A DNA stretch of 64,000 nt, from contig OZ237770.1 in assembly GCA_965178125.1 (NCBI GenBank), positions 434,001-498,000 of the forward strand, given 5' to 3'. Below the pieces are notes generated by a model, which was not told the DNA's origin, searched no databases, and worked only from the letters and a program-made list of their open reading frames with translations. This DNA comes from Bilabrum cf. latius. Lineage: Eukaryota. Positions 12,551 to 25,060 of this stretch are shown piece after piece; positions within the stretch are counted from its first letter, which is position 1; each line of letters begins with the position of its first letter. Position numbers and translations under genes: made by a program.

Positions 12551-15266
12551 CGATGGTGCTGGGCCTAGGGGCGCCACCGGCATGGGCCCTGTGCCTGACG
12601 CCTCCACACTGCGCCTGATGCGGGGGCAGCCCATGCACTCGTCACACCTGGTAGGGAAAGGGGCCTCCTCGTCCCACCGGTGGGGTCACGGCCCCTGGGT
12701 AGATCGGATCAACGCGGGGGTGCGTGCCACATGGCGGGGCATGGTGGAGGGTGTCATCAGCAGCCGAGAGCAGGTGGAGGCGGCGCTGGAGGCCAGCCGG
12801 CGCCCTCGGGGTGTGACGAGTGCCCATGAGGATGAGAAGGTTCGTTTCTTGTCTGTGTTCAAGTGGGAGAGGAGGAAGGGGTGGGACGTGCTGCTGCGGG
12901 CGGTGCTGGCGGCGGGGGCGGCGCACCCCTTCGCCCCCGTGGAGGGCCCAAGGCTGGCTGCAGGGCTCGAGGGAGAGGAACAAGAGGAAAGGGGATAGGG
13001 TAAAAGGATGAAAGAAGTCCTTGACTAGGGTAGGACGAGCACCCGATCCAGGGAGTCACTGTGGGATCGGATGAAGCGAGCCAAGCTAGCAAAAGCAAAA
13101 GGCAATGCGAAAGCCAAGGACAAGGCCTAGGCCCATGCAACAAACGGCAAGGACGGGCACGGGGATGGAGCAGGCGACCATGGACATGCTGGGTAGCGCG
13201 CAATTTACCCGCCCCCTCTGACCCCCCCATCCTGGCGGCAACCAGAGCTGACTCTGCTGACTTCGTCCTACCACTCGACTGTAGACGAATTCGAGCGGGC
13301 CATACGGGGCTTCTTGCGGGAAGGGATGGCGTGTGGGCCCGGGCCGCTGCCTACCGGTGAACGGAAGGAGATGACACAGATCAAAGCGGATGACGGGGTG
13401 CAGTCCATTGCAGCGGGGATGGATGGGACACCGACGGAGATGAGTGGGACATGGTCTACATCAAAAGCAGGATGGGAGGGGGCTCTCCTCGAGGCCCAGC
13501 GAGTGGCAGGAGAGGAGCAAGAGGAGCAGATAGCAATGGACAGCTAGGCAGCAAAAAGGATGCAGGTGCTATAGGTGCAGGTGGTACCTGATGGACCCAG
13601 TGCGCTTGCAGAGGCAAGTTGGGCCAGCGGGGTGCTTGTTCGCATGGAGGCGGCGATCGATGACTGGGCGAGTGCACTGCAAGGCGGTGCACCCCCATTT
13701 CTTCCCTGGTGGTTGACAGCTCCAGGGGCACCCTCTTGGAAGTCCCTGGCCCAAGGTCGAGTGGGCCGAGCCATCGAGTCAGCCCGGCGCGATTTGCTGG
13801 TGAGAGGCGGGGGAGGGGCCTACATGGGCATCGGGGAACACAGCACGGGAACATGCGGGGTACGGGTGACGAGGCCAGTCGCTGTGTGTGTAGAGGGGGA
13901 TGGCGTAGGTGCACTGCATGGTGGTGCAGGCGCATCAGCTGACGGTATGCCCGGGCGCACGGAGCCAGCAGGCAGCTTGCTCCCACCGGCCCTGCACTTC
14001 GAGGTGGAGAACAAGAGGGGGGCCCTGCTGCAGAGGGCTGAGGAAGTGGCCGTGCGATGGCTTAGAATCACGAAGCAACAACAATGGCGTGGACCAGGGA
14101 ACAGCGCCCATGCACCATGGAACCTTAGCATGGACCAGATGTGCCTGGAGCAGTTCGAGAGGTACAGCACATGGTCGGTGAGAAAGATGGAACTAGGCAT
14201 GGGAGGCACTGCTGTGATGAGCGGTACTGAGCGCAGCTAGGCTCAAAGCAACGTGACGAGTGCGGGCTCCCTGCAGGCGCACCACCTGCCCCGCCTTCCT
14301 CCGCTGCTCCTTGCCCTGCTGCTTCGCCTCTCGGTGCGTAGACTGCATCCCGACCGACTGCCATTGCTGCGAGTCCTCCGCGGCCTGCCCTCTGCCCAGG
14401 TGCCCCGTGTCATGGGGGCCCATCATGCGATGGTGCTCCCCACCAGGGGGGAGGGATGGGGGAGACCACATGCGGAGGCAATGGCTATCGGGCTGCCACT
14501 CGTGGCGGGGGGCTGGTCGGGGCCCAGCGCGTTCGTGAACGACTCGGGGAGGTGGTGGAGGGGAATGCAGGGCGAGAGCGACAGAAATAGACAGAAATTG
14601 AGCGATGGATAGATCTACATGCAGGGCGAGAAAGAGGACGAATAGGAGCGGTGCGAGTGGTGTGACGAGCATCAGACGGGCTTCCTTGTCCCCCCGACCC
14701 ACCTGTCACCAGTGCCTGACGGGCCCTTCGCGGGCCATCGAATGGCCGAGCCTGACCCCGTGCTGCTCGAGGCAGCGCTGGTGCGCGTGTGGTTGCAACC
14801 GGGACAAGCCGCCGAGGTGGGGCGCAGAGGCAGGAACAGCATGAGGGACCTACACTCTCCAGCCCAGTACGCGGGGCGGGTGCTCGGGCAGCTGGGATCC
14901 ATGCAGCGGAGCATAGAGGCGATCGGGGGAGGGCGGGTGCAGGGGTACGAGACTGTCCCGGGGCGGTGTACTAGTAGCGAGGTCAAGGATGGATTCGTGG
15001 AGGACGGTGATGTGACGAGTGCCCAGACGGGGTGTGGATGGCGCAGCCCTTGGGCGCACGGCACTGTAGCGCTACTCGATGCGCTTCGCGAGGAGGCCGA
15101 TTGTGACCGAATCGACCAGTCGAGTGATGAAAGTGGTGCCAGTGAGTGCAAGCACAAAGCGGCAGACATGGCCCGCAAGGTGCTCTCGGAAATTAAAGCA
15201 GCTAGCAAACGCTTGAAGATCCGCTGGGCGCATATTGGCTAGGCGTCGTCGACCAGCAAGAACTGA
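11028..15266 (+). CDS. GT4 (group 1) glycosyltransferase, 1412 codons, 12 in-frame TAG
   Basis: Ordered motifs WMAPFFSGGGYSSE, QHGD, CHSEPGAW, GRTMFESDR, FLSVFKWERRKGWDVLL, VLPTRGEGWGRPHAEAMAIG, GPFAGHRMAEP in one frame; only TAG interrupts; ends TGA. Confidence 0.88.
12495..12548 (+). repeat. (CAG)18 microsatellite encoding poly-Gln
   Basis: Pure CAG run inside the glycosyltransferase CDS. Confidence 0.95.
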
Positions 15267-15463
15267 TGAGTGGTTTTAGTCCAAGTAACAAAAGTACCGC
15301 CCAAGAATCAAAAGGATGGGCGGATCTACCGTGAGCAGCCTAGCAGTGATTTGTATAACTCATAATAACCTTGTTTCAATAACTCGCAATGACCGAATAA
15401 AGGGGCGGGCTATGTATATCCTCACAGGTCCCCTGCCGTCAAAGGGGTGGCAAATCCCATGTA

Positions 15464-18160
15464 TCAAGGTGATTTGTCCCATCCCGCGCCCGTGCCACCA
15501 TTCCTGCCGGAGTTTTTCATCGCCTTGAAATGCTGCAGGTCCCCCACTATCCGTTCAAGGCTCAGTAGACGTCCCGTACTCACGTCTCTGGCCTCCTGTG
15601 AAATCTCCTATCGGGAACATTCAGGACCCATTCCAGCCCCCAAGCCGGAAAACGACCCCCCCGCGCCATCTGCAGCAAACAACAAACCATGGTTCTGTGA
15701 ACTCTGAGACGTGGCCTGCTATACAGCGGCGCGGCGACGGATCGCTGCACCAAGCGCGCCGCCCAGTGCTCGAGCGACCGTTTCATCTTCATCATCCAGC
15801 CTGCTGCTAGATCTAGTGCTGGATCTCCCCCCACTGGCATCGACACCGGTGCTTGCCTCCCTGCCACTCCGCGGGTGCAGGGCTTCAGCATCTGTACCAA
15901 GACCAACGCCGACGCCAACGCCAACATCAACGCCAGCACCATTGCCAGCATCAGCGCCAGCGCTAGTCCGAACTATATTTTGCATCGCTGCGATGCTCTG
16001 CGTTCGGCTGAGTGCGCCAGCCTGCTCGGCCCATGCACTTCGTGGCACGTCGGTCTCGCCCCGCGCGTGTGCATCACTGACTCGGCCGTCAACGAGGCGT
16101 GGACTGCTGGCGGCCCTTGCTCTTCCCCGCGTCCCCGTTGCAGGCACAGTATCATCCCTGGCAGGTTCAGATCCGGAACCGGGACCTTCTTGCCCTGCGG
16201 ACGCACCCGGCCCACCGACCCCAACTGCCGCCCTCGATGCCTACAGAAATGTAACTGTTGTTGCACCTTGAGCTGGAGCACGGTCACGCGGGCCTTGTGC
16301 CTCGTGATCATCTGGCAAATGAACAACCCTACTCTTCCACAAGCGCGGGGTGCTGATCCCCTCCGCGCTGCGTACCCTTTTTCGCCGCACCCCCTGAGTG
16401 TTTGATTGCTTTGCACGGGCACTACCGCTCGTTTGTAGGGATCTGTCGACTGCATCCCGATGTGATGCCGGTAGGAGCCCCCTACCCCGCGAGTTTCCAC
16501 TGGCAAGTAAACCGCCCGTAGCCCCGAGAACCGGCAACCCCCCAGCTACCGGTGACCCCCGCGAGGAGGTCCACATCTCACCACTGGATAGTTCAAGCCG
16601 ATGACGACTCAGGGGTTCGACTGATTCTGCTGCCAGTCTCTTGGACCCACTGGCAGTGCCGGTAGTGGCTTCCACCGCTGCATCTGGGCGAGTATTGGGA
16701 GCGATTTCCTAGTCAAGCCCACCTACACGGGCAGGCTGGATGCTACCCCGTGTCGTCCGCTTCCATCTAAGATCCTTCTGTACAAGTACGGCGGGCGGCT
16801 GTGCGGAAGCTATGCCCGCTATGCCAACGGACGACACATTGCCCTCTGCCGGCAGATCGTGACTCAGTCGGCTCGAAGTCCGGGCTGGCATGCCACCACC
16901 GCTGGGCTTGTGACTCAGTCGGCTCATAGTCCGGGCTGGCATGCCACCACCGCTGGGCTTGCCGCCACGGCCAGCTCCTGTGCCAGCATGGGACCCACGG
17001 AGATTGACCCCAGGTACTCTTCGATCCAATCTCCTAGCACGAGATAGACCTGCAAGCAGGAGAATACGCCGTGCAGCCGAGCCCCGGAACTGGCCCTAGC
17101 CCCTGGGCGGTGGGGGATGCACAGCACTGGGGGATCGTCTAGCAGGTGCCTAATACCTGGCCTATGACCGCCACTTATTCCCGTGCATGCCCCTGATTGG
17201 CACAAGGGAAGCTGCTCGTGGTGGGCTAGCCTAGCTCCTTGCCGACTTAGTGCTTGGCAAACCGCTGCCGCGTGCACTTTCAGCTGACTCGAAGTCTTCA
17301 GCGTGACTTCTCAAGTAGCGTTTGCGATGGCGAGGCAACTTAGCTGCCTACAACGGGCTCTGTGGCGTGCTGCCGAGAGCGACATTCAGAAAAGCCTCTT
17401 CACTGCCGCGCGATGCGTCCAGCAGCTTCCACACGATGCGGGCGGTCTCCTCGAAGCTGTCATCTGCGAATTCGCGCGACAGGGAAATGTGGTGATGGTC
17501 GGCACCAGACCACGAATGGGACCTCTTCCGGCGCTTCCTGCCGCTGCCATCGTCATCAAGACCCATGGCAATCGCACCAGCCTAGCCACTGCCCCCGGCT
17601 ACCGCGGCCTCTCCGCTGCCAACGGCCCCCGACTGGACTTCCGGCAGACCAGTGATGTCTTCTGGAATTTCTCCGCTTGCCAACCAACCGGCAAGTTCCG
17701 GCAATACCAAGGCTTGGGAGTCGAGTTCCCGGAGCTTTCGAAGCAGACGCTTTATGCGACCGAGCATGCCATCGCGCGAAATGCAAGGGTCCGAGTTCGA
17801 TCTGAAACGGCCATGTGAAATATCCAGCCTTTGCTGTCTCAATAGTGTGGCATTCAGCGATATACTGGGAGCTTCGGCTTGCATGTTTGCGTCTGACTGC
17901 ACTTGTTCAACCGATTCTGCTTCGACGTGCCCAGAACTTGAAGGCCTTACCGGAAGCCATGCCTACGGCTCGTTGCTAGGCCCAGAAGCTCGCTCTCCAG
18001 GAGTCTATGCACAAACTGTATTCCGATGTACGGAATTTGAGCTACTGTTACCTCCAGGACTATATAAGTTGCCACTCCTGCTTGCGCGATGCTTCTGATC
18101 TTGCAGGTTTCCGGCCAATTGTTCATTGCTCCAGCATGCGCAACTGTCTGCGAAAAACAG
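15464..18160 (-). CDS. Hypothetical protein, long exon with 12 in-frame TAG; 5' end unresolved
   Basis: ORFs 15719-16147, 16241-16675, 16709-17029, 17348-17566, 17582-17902 share one frame and are separated only by TAG; terminal TGA at 15464. Confidence 0.6.
16859..16961. repeat. 51-bp tandem duplication (in frame within the minus-strand CDS)
   Basis: GTGACTCAGTCGGCTC..GTCCGGGCTGGCATGCCACCACCGCTGGGCTTG occurs twice. Confidence 0.85.
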
Positions 18161-19161
18161 ACTTCAGAAAAATCCGAGTACGACCAGACTGGCATGTGCG
18201 TAGTATGGTAACCTCATTCGGTCCAACGGGAGCCTTGTAGTTGGGCAGCTGATGGACCTTGAGGGGTCGAGGGGTGCTTATTCACCTAGTTTCAACATAC
18301 TAACTTCATGTACTAGATTACCCAAATATGTTAATGAAAGTAGGCAGGCGAATTTAACCGCTGTCACGTGTAAGCCTGGTCGGATGTTGCTCACCACTTC
18401 TACATGTCGGTGCTGGCTCGCCTGCCTCTCTGCCGCAACACAAACCCATTGTTGTTTGTGGCAGAATATTGGGGTAGGAATTATAATATAACGCGGCTGT
18501 CAATGTTGTGTCGCTTTAGGCTGTCACGCTATGGTGGTGGAATCCGACGGCCAATCTGAGGATATGATGATGCCAAACTGATGGGCATTCCGCATCGGGA
18601 ATCCATTCGGGATCTCTGCCAATCTGCTGATGTCCACAAACGTGGCATTCAGCAGCACGAAGCCGATATCCATTGGCAAGACTCCAAGCGGATGCCCGGC
18701 GAGCAGATGTAGGCGCTTGCGCCTCCAGAGGCAAGCATGAGTCGGTAGGAGGCTCATCGTGGGAGAGCGCCACGATGTTCTGAGACTGATGAGAGCGGCT
18801 AGCATGTCAGCTCGCTGTGATGCATGAATGATACACACTATGCTAGTTATTGGAATGCACGTTAACAATGCAATGCACGGTACCACTGGGCACCCTCGCG
18901 TTGGTGCTGCTCCGGCGATGCTGCTTCCGGTGAGATCCGCCCCAGCTCCAAGACCGCAAAGCGATAAAAGAGGCGGGGCAGCACCTGTGCAGCAGCAGGC
19001 CGGGCAATCGCAGCCAAAGCGACGGCCCTGAGGCTGTCACCACGGCGGGAAGCGTCCTCAAAGACAGAGTGTGAGCAGGGGAGCAGAAAGCAAGGAGCAA
19101 GTGCTCCCTCTCACCTCCGCCCCCGCGCTCGCTTCACGCCACTGGCATCGACACGAGCTGC

Positions 19162-20206
19162 TCAGTTCTTCTTGCAGATGTCGGGCACCTCGAAGTCGTG
19201 CTCGTCCACGTGCCTGTCGATGTCGTAGATCTGCTCGTAGTGGAAGCCGGTGTCGTGGTCGAAGTAGTCGGAGCGGACGGGCACGCAGGTCTTCTCGGCG
19301 AAGGTCTGGTAGGTGAAGATGTGCTGGCCATCGATGTCACCCTCGCCCTCGAAGCGGGCCGCGTACAGCACGTTGTCAGAGGCGATCTCGCCGAGCGTCT
19401 CGATGCCCGTGTAGTTGGCGAACTCGAAGGGGCGGTACGGGATGAAGGGACGGCGGATGTCCTCGGTGCGGCACTCCTTGGTGCGAATGTTGATGATGTA
19501 CGCCTTCTTCTCTTCGTACAGCTCGAGCACGTCGATCAGGTCCTCGTGCTGCTCGTCGCCGAAGTGCGCCTCCTCGACCACATGGCGAGCGCGGTACTTG
19601 GCAGAGAAAGCCACGCGGCCGCGGATCTGGTACGTGCTCGTGTGGTTGTGGTAATCACGCTGGTTGGGGTCGAACGCGGTGATGCGGCCGGTCCACTCCT
19701 GCGAAAGCAAAACAGATCGAGTCGGGCGCCAATCACAGGTGAACGGAAGACTAGCTCGACCATAGCCACCGCAGATACAATACATAAAGCTACACCAATC
19801 CCATCCAAGTGATAAATAGAGCTAATATGCTACCAGATTCACTGCTCAATTGCCGCAAATTAGGCCAAGTGATCGCGATTCATGCTGGCTTACGGCTCGC
19901 GACTACGCTTGACGGGCGCTTTCTGAAGTGCAACTCTCCGAACGATGCGTATACGGCACACACAGCGACACACACGGGGTCAGAATGAAACCAAAAACAT
20001 ACTTTAGCCACACAATTGGCTGGGAGCACCCAGGCCTTCATCGCCAGGCGACAGGAGGTCGAAAGGATCCTTCTCAGGCATATCTTGGTGGATCCAAAGC
20101 TTCCGTGCGTTTGATCTTAGCTCACATCGGGGTACTAATCGCAGCGGTGGCTCTGAGCAGCTGCCAGGGTACCGATAGTCGCGAACACAGCGGCGAGGGC
20201 GTACAT
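19162..20206 (-). CDS. Ependymin-related (EPDR-like) secreted/lysosomal protein (intron 19699-20125; TAG at 20135)
   Basis: Exon 1 MYALAAVFATIGTLAAAQSHRCD*YPD spliced to EWTGR...; Cys pattern, CVPV and terminal FEVPDIC resemble the ependymin family. Confidence 0.75.
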
Positions 20207-20489
20207 TTTCTTCTCTGTGGCTCCTAAATGTGTCCGTGAATGGGAATCGCCGCAGCCCTAGGCTTGTCGATCCTTTGGAATTGTTTGTCGCGGCACAGAA
20301 CTTCACCGAACCGAACCGAACCTCTTGCTCCTGAACCATCATCTGTCACAGTGAATGACATACGCACACCAAAAAATGGACGTATTCAAAGAAAACTTTA
20401 GTTTTGCCTGCTAGCTATGGGCAGCCAACCGGTGCTCGGTGCAACCTTGCGGACCCAGCCCAGCGGACACCGTACAACAAACATTTTTT

Positions 20490-21367
20490 TCACCCGAGCC
20501 CCGCCGCCGCGATCCTGAACAGGTCAAAGTGCATGGGTTCATCCGCCAGCTTCTTGTTAAATCGCTCCACCCTCTCCCTGTGGCTGCTCCCCGCCGCGCG
20601 TGCCACCGCCCGCGCCTCGCTGGCGGCCTGGTACTTGGCGTGCTTGCGCTCGGCCTCGGTCATTCCATCGTCTATTTCTTCTTCGACCTATGTCTCGCCA
20701 ATCGCCTGCAGCTCTGATCCCCTTCCACCGGCCACTGCTGCGCCAGCGCGCCCCTCCCCCTCGCCTGCAACCCCTGTTTCTCGGCGTCGACTAGCGGCAG
20801 CCAGTGCGCTTTCCAGCTGAGCATCCTTTACCCCTGCAGCTAGTGCACGCTCTCTAGCGGCTTTGCCGGCATCTACGGCGCTCTGCAGCTCCCGCCGGCG
20901 CCTCTTGCTCAGAGGACGGTCGATGCCATCGTCGGAGCGAGCCAACCGAGCAGCCGCAACGCGCTCTTCGCGAAGCGCCTTGATATCGGACGCCGATACT
21001 ACAGGTGAAGAAGGCTTCTAAGAAGATGACGACACCGATGAAGATGATGTTAATCTCGATGATGATGTTGCAGCAAAAGACTTGCCCTCTTCAATTGGGA
21101 CGGGCACCGGCAGCTCAGGTGGCACGGTCTCTCGCGGGCGCCTGCGGGACGAGACAGGCACGCACGTGGCACGCCGAACATTATGAAATCATACTAGTAA
21201 TGCATGCGCAGTTGTTGAGAATCACGTGCTCACTTGGACCCAATGTTCGATTTTCCGTCCGACTTCCCAGATTTCTTGTGTTTCTTTTTCGACTTCTTGT
21301 CCTTCTTTGTCAACTTGGTAAGATTGACACCTTTTAGTTTCAATGAACCACCCATAAAGCTGGACAT
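20490..21367 (-). CDS. FAM32A: FAM32A (DUF1754) family protein (intron 21142-21233; TAG at 21018 and 20688)
   Basis: N-terminal GGSLKLKG plus Lys-rich tract; C-terminal TEAERKH...SHRERVERFNKKL...HFDLFRI, reachable only through TAG. Confidence 0.8.
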
Positions 21368-21579
21368 ACCTTTATCTAGGGCTGTTCCAAGTATGCAGTC
21401 GAAAATTTCGAATTATTTCGAATTCTGCCAAACCATTCGCAACAAAACACGAAATAATGTGCAGGTTTGGAAACAATTAAGATTGCAATTGGCGGCGTGC
21501 CACACAAGTTTGAACGGCGACATGCAGCGACAAACGTGAAGCTCGTTTCCGGAGTACAGCGCACCTCATTTGTGTACTT

Positions 21580-24500
21580 ATGATTGGATCTAGTGCAGGC
21601 GATAGCCGCCGCAGAGGGGGGAGATCGGTGCACAATCCGTATCTTTCCTTCGAGGATGTGGCAAAGGGCGTGCTGTCCTCGGAGGCGAGGGCTCAGAGGC
21701 AAACCTTAGGCGCAGGGTCTAGCATGTGCCAGTAGTTGAAGGTACTATCTAGCTTGCGCGCAGACGAACTGACCGGAAGCAAGGTAGTCTCTGAGGCAAG
21801 CCTTGTTGGTCGTCTGCTTGCGAGACCGCAGGTGTTGCGAGCTAACAAAGGCGCCGTCCCGGGACTGCTCGCACCACCTCCTAGCCGATTTTCTCCATCT
21901 GAAGTAGCAGCTGCGCTCGGTGGAGATCGCGTCGTGGTCGCGCACGACAGCGCTAGGGCTGCTTCGAGCGATGGCGAGTGGACACTTGACGACCTGGCTG
22001 AGTACTTCGCGGCGAGGCAGAGAGACGTTGCGGCTGCAAGTGAGACTATCATGAATATCATCTCGCTAGAAGTGTCTGGCACGCCCCTGGAGCGGTTCAT
22101 TCGACCACCGGAAGCGGTGCTGCGGCACGACTGGCTGCACCGCCCCGGGCTGTGGCCCTCCTGGCGCAGGGCCCGGGGGCAGTTCCCCAGGGCAACAAAG
22201 TACTGCATCATGTCGGCCAGGGGTAGCTTCACTGATTTCCACTGCGACTTTGGGGGTTCCTCTGTGTGGTACAGGGTGCTCCGGGGGTGCAAGCGGTTCT
22301 TCCTGCTGGCACCGCCGGAGATGCCTCGCCGATCGGAGCTTGACGAGGGGGTTCCGGGGGCCAGCGGGACCTCTGCCGTGTCTCGGCTGGCGTTTCTGGC
22401 CGCGGTCCACCGGTGGACCACGCGCTCGCGGGCAACCGCCAGCGCAGGGGCAGGAGGGGGGTCCGATCCGCTGGCGGGATGGCTGCCCGTCTCGATCCGC
22501 CGTGCAATGCACCTGGATCCCGAGGGCAAAGGAGGCCCCCAGGACGACTCTGGTGGTGTGACGAGTGGCTCCACTCTGGTGGTGGACCTGCGGGCCGGGG
22601 ACACGCTGCTGCTACCCGCGGGGTGGGCACACGCGGTGTGGACGGAGCAGGTGAGAATCTGTCGAATATGTTGTCGTGATGCCTTATGGTTTTGTTCTCG
22701 CTTGCTTGCTTGATTGTGTGTGTGTGCATCGGCATGGGGCCGATGTCCGGATCCTATCGCTGATGCGCACCATGCGCCCGCTAGAGCCCGCCCTGACCAC
22801 CTGTTCGGTCTAGGAGGGTATTTGAACGGCGCTACAGCAGCCCACCCCTGACATTCTTCCAGGGAGGCGTACCACGGCGCCCTCCTCCTCGAGGGGAGGG
22901 GCCGACGGGGTCCAACAAGCGGGGGCGGCCGACTCTACCCACGGCCCCCTCGTGGGTCTTCGCTCTGAACATTTGAATGCGAATGCGAATGCTCCGTGTG
23001 TACAATGCGTTTGCACGATTCTGAATCCTCTTCGCGCGATTCGTGTTCCTCTTCAACCTGGATCGCCGCAGGACTCGCTCGTGGTGGGCGGCAACTTCCT
23101 ATGCGGGGCGGCTGCCAGGGAACAAGCGGTGGCATCGAGGGCCGAGCAGGCAGCGCGCGCCATGGACGCCCGCGACAGGGCCAGGGCCGGACTGGCCCCG
23201 CTCGCACCCAGGGAGGCGGAGCAGTTCCGGTTTCCCATGGAAGAGCCGCTGCTCTGGTACGCCCTCTCGTGGTGCGTCCGTGCGGCGACCGGGGGCATCC
23301 CCGAGGGGACAGAGGGGCCGGGGGGTGTCCCCTGGGTGGGGGGTCTCCCCCCCTCCGAGCACGCGGGGCTGGGTGCCCTGGTGCAGTGGCTGCTGCGGGC
23401 CCGTGGCAAGCACGGGTGGAGGGCCAGGCAGCGGGCGGCGGCATCGCTGGCTGAGCGGCAGGCGCAGGCCCAGCAGGAGGAGGAGGCAGCGGCTGTATCC
23501 GGCTCCGGGTCCGAGTGGCTCCCCAGCGGCGGCGGGGCGGTGGGGGAGGGCCTGGATCCGCTTGCAGTGGAGGAGGCGGCGCTGGAAGCGGCCCACCTGG
23601 CTGGGCTGGAGGGGGGCGAGTGCGAGCTGCTGCTGCTGCTGGTGGGGGCAAGGCTGGCAGGTGCTGGGCTGCGGGAGGAGGCGGCGGCAGGGAGCGTGCT
23701 GATGAGTCGGCTGCTGGTGGGACCGGGGGATCCACCGGGTTCTAGACTGTCTGTCTCCTCTGCGTCATCTTCTGCAGCTGTAGCAGGAGCAGGGGATGGA
23801 GACCGCGAGCATGGGGAGGAGGAGGAGGATCCCTTGGCTCAGCTGGTGCTGGACAAGACGAAGCAGTGGCTAGAGGAGGAGGAGAGGCAGAGAGCAGAGG
23901 CCGAGCGGCAGCCCAGGATCAAGCTCACGCTCGCTGGTGCTGGTGCTGGTGCTGGTGCTGGTGCCAGCTCTTCGGCACCTTCCTCCGCCCCACGGACCTC
24001 GTCATCTTCATCGAGGGTGTCTGAGTCTGCTCGTGTTCGGCCCCTGCGGTTCGACGGAGCCTACGACGCGCCCAAGCTGGGTGACGAGTGCGGTGGGGAG
24101 ACCTGGTTCGAAGAGGAGATGCGACGCCTAGCGGGGGTGTCTCCGGGCAGGTATGACGAGTCTGGAGCGCCTGTGGGTGTGACGAGTGCAGTGGTGCTGG
24201 AAGACGCAGAGGGGCCATCGGGTGGCGACGAGGAAGTGGGGGATGTATCTCCATCGGCGCACGGGCAGATGGGGGTGCAGAACAGCAAGAAGAAGAAGAA
24301 GAAGAAGGCTGTCAAGCGGGGATCGGCCTAGGACGACGCCTGGTCTGAAGGTGAGGAGGAGGACGGCATGGATTCGGCCGATGAGGCGGACGCGCAGGCA
24401 GAACGAGAGCTGGAGATGCAGGCCGTTGAGGAGGAAGAGGAGGACTGGGTGCTGGATGAGGAGGAGGAGGAAGACAACGGAAGGGTTGCTGGGGCTGGGC

Positions 24501-24811
24501 GCAAGCGGAAGGGGCGCGGGCAGCAGCAGCGGGGGACAGGTGGGGCCAAGCGCCGCAGGACCGCTGCATCATCGTCCTCGTCCTCGTCCTCATCCTCGTC
24601 CTAGAGAGTGTCTGTGCAGGCCGTGGGTGGATCCGGGGGAGGCACGACCATCCGACTGCAGCTGGGGCGCATCCGTCCGCAGGGGCAAGGCGGGGCGGGG
24701 CGGGGCGCTGGGAGGGGCAGGGGTCGAGGGGGTGGACGGGGCGGCAAGCGGGGCGGCGGCCTGTCTGCACTCAAGAAGCGGCTTGGCGCTCTGAGGCGTG
24801 GAGGGCGGTGA
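21580..24811 (+). CDS. JmjC-domain histone demethylase (KDM2/KDM7-like; intron 22651-23071; TAG at 21733, 24329, 24602)
   Basis: NIISLEVS, KYCIMS..GSFTDFHCDFGGSSVWY, PAGWAHAVWT|DSLVVGGNFL joined across the intron; ends TGA. Confidence 0.88.
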
Positions 24812-25060
24812 TGCGGGTTCACCAGAGAGGCGGGTAGGGCTCGCGTGGGGCCTATTATATTGATTAATAATGCGTGCATAATCGGTGAGTAATGAGAACC
24901 GCTCCGGATGCCGGTCTCGCCTGTTCTCAAGTGTGGTTGCAACTCTAGTGCTACTGGTAAAACAGGTTGCAACCGGCGAAGAAGATTAAAACCGGCGAGG
25001 TGCCCTCTGGACAGTCCCATTCCCCAGTCACAACTGCCAAGCAAACAAGAACCTAATAAG

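Noticed and set aside
19198-19812. Long antisense and alternative-frame ORFs over GC-rich genes
   Set aside because: Expected shadows of strong GC3 codon bias; the opposite strand holds the recognisable protein
21578-21600. PHD-finger-like DWI*C upstream of the JmjC gene
   Set aside because: Out of frame with the JmjC ORF and lacking the other Cys/His ligands
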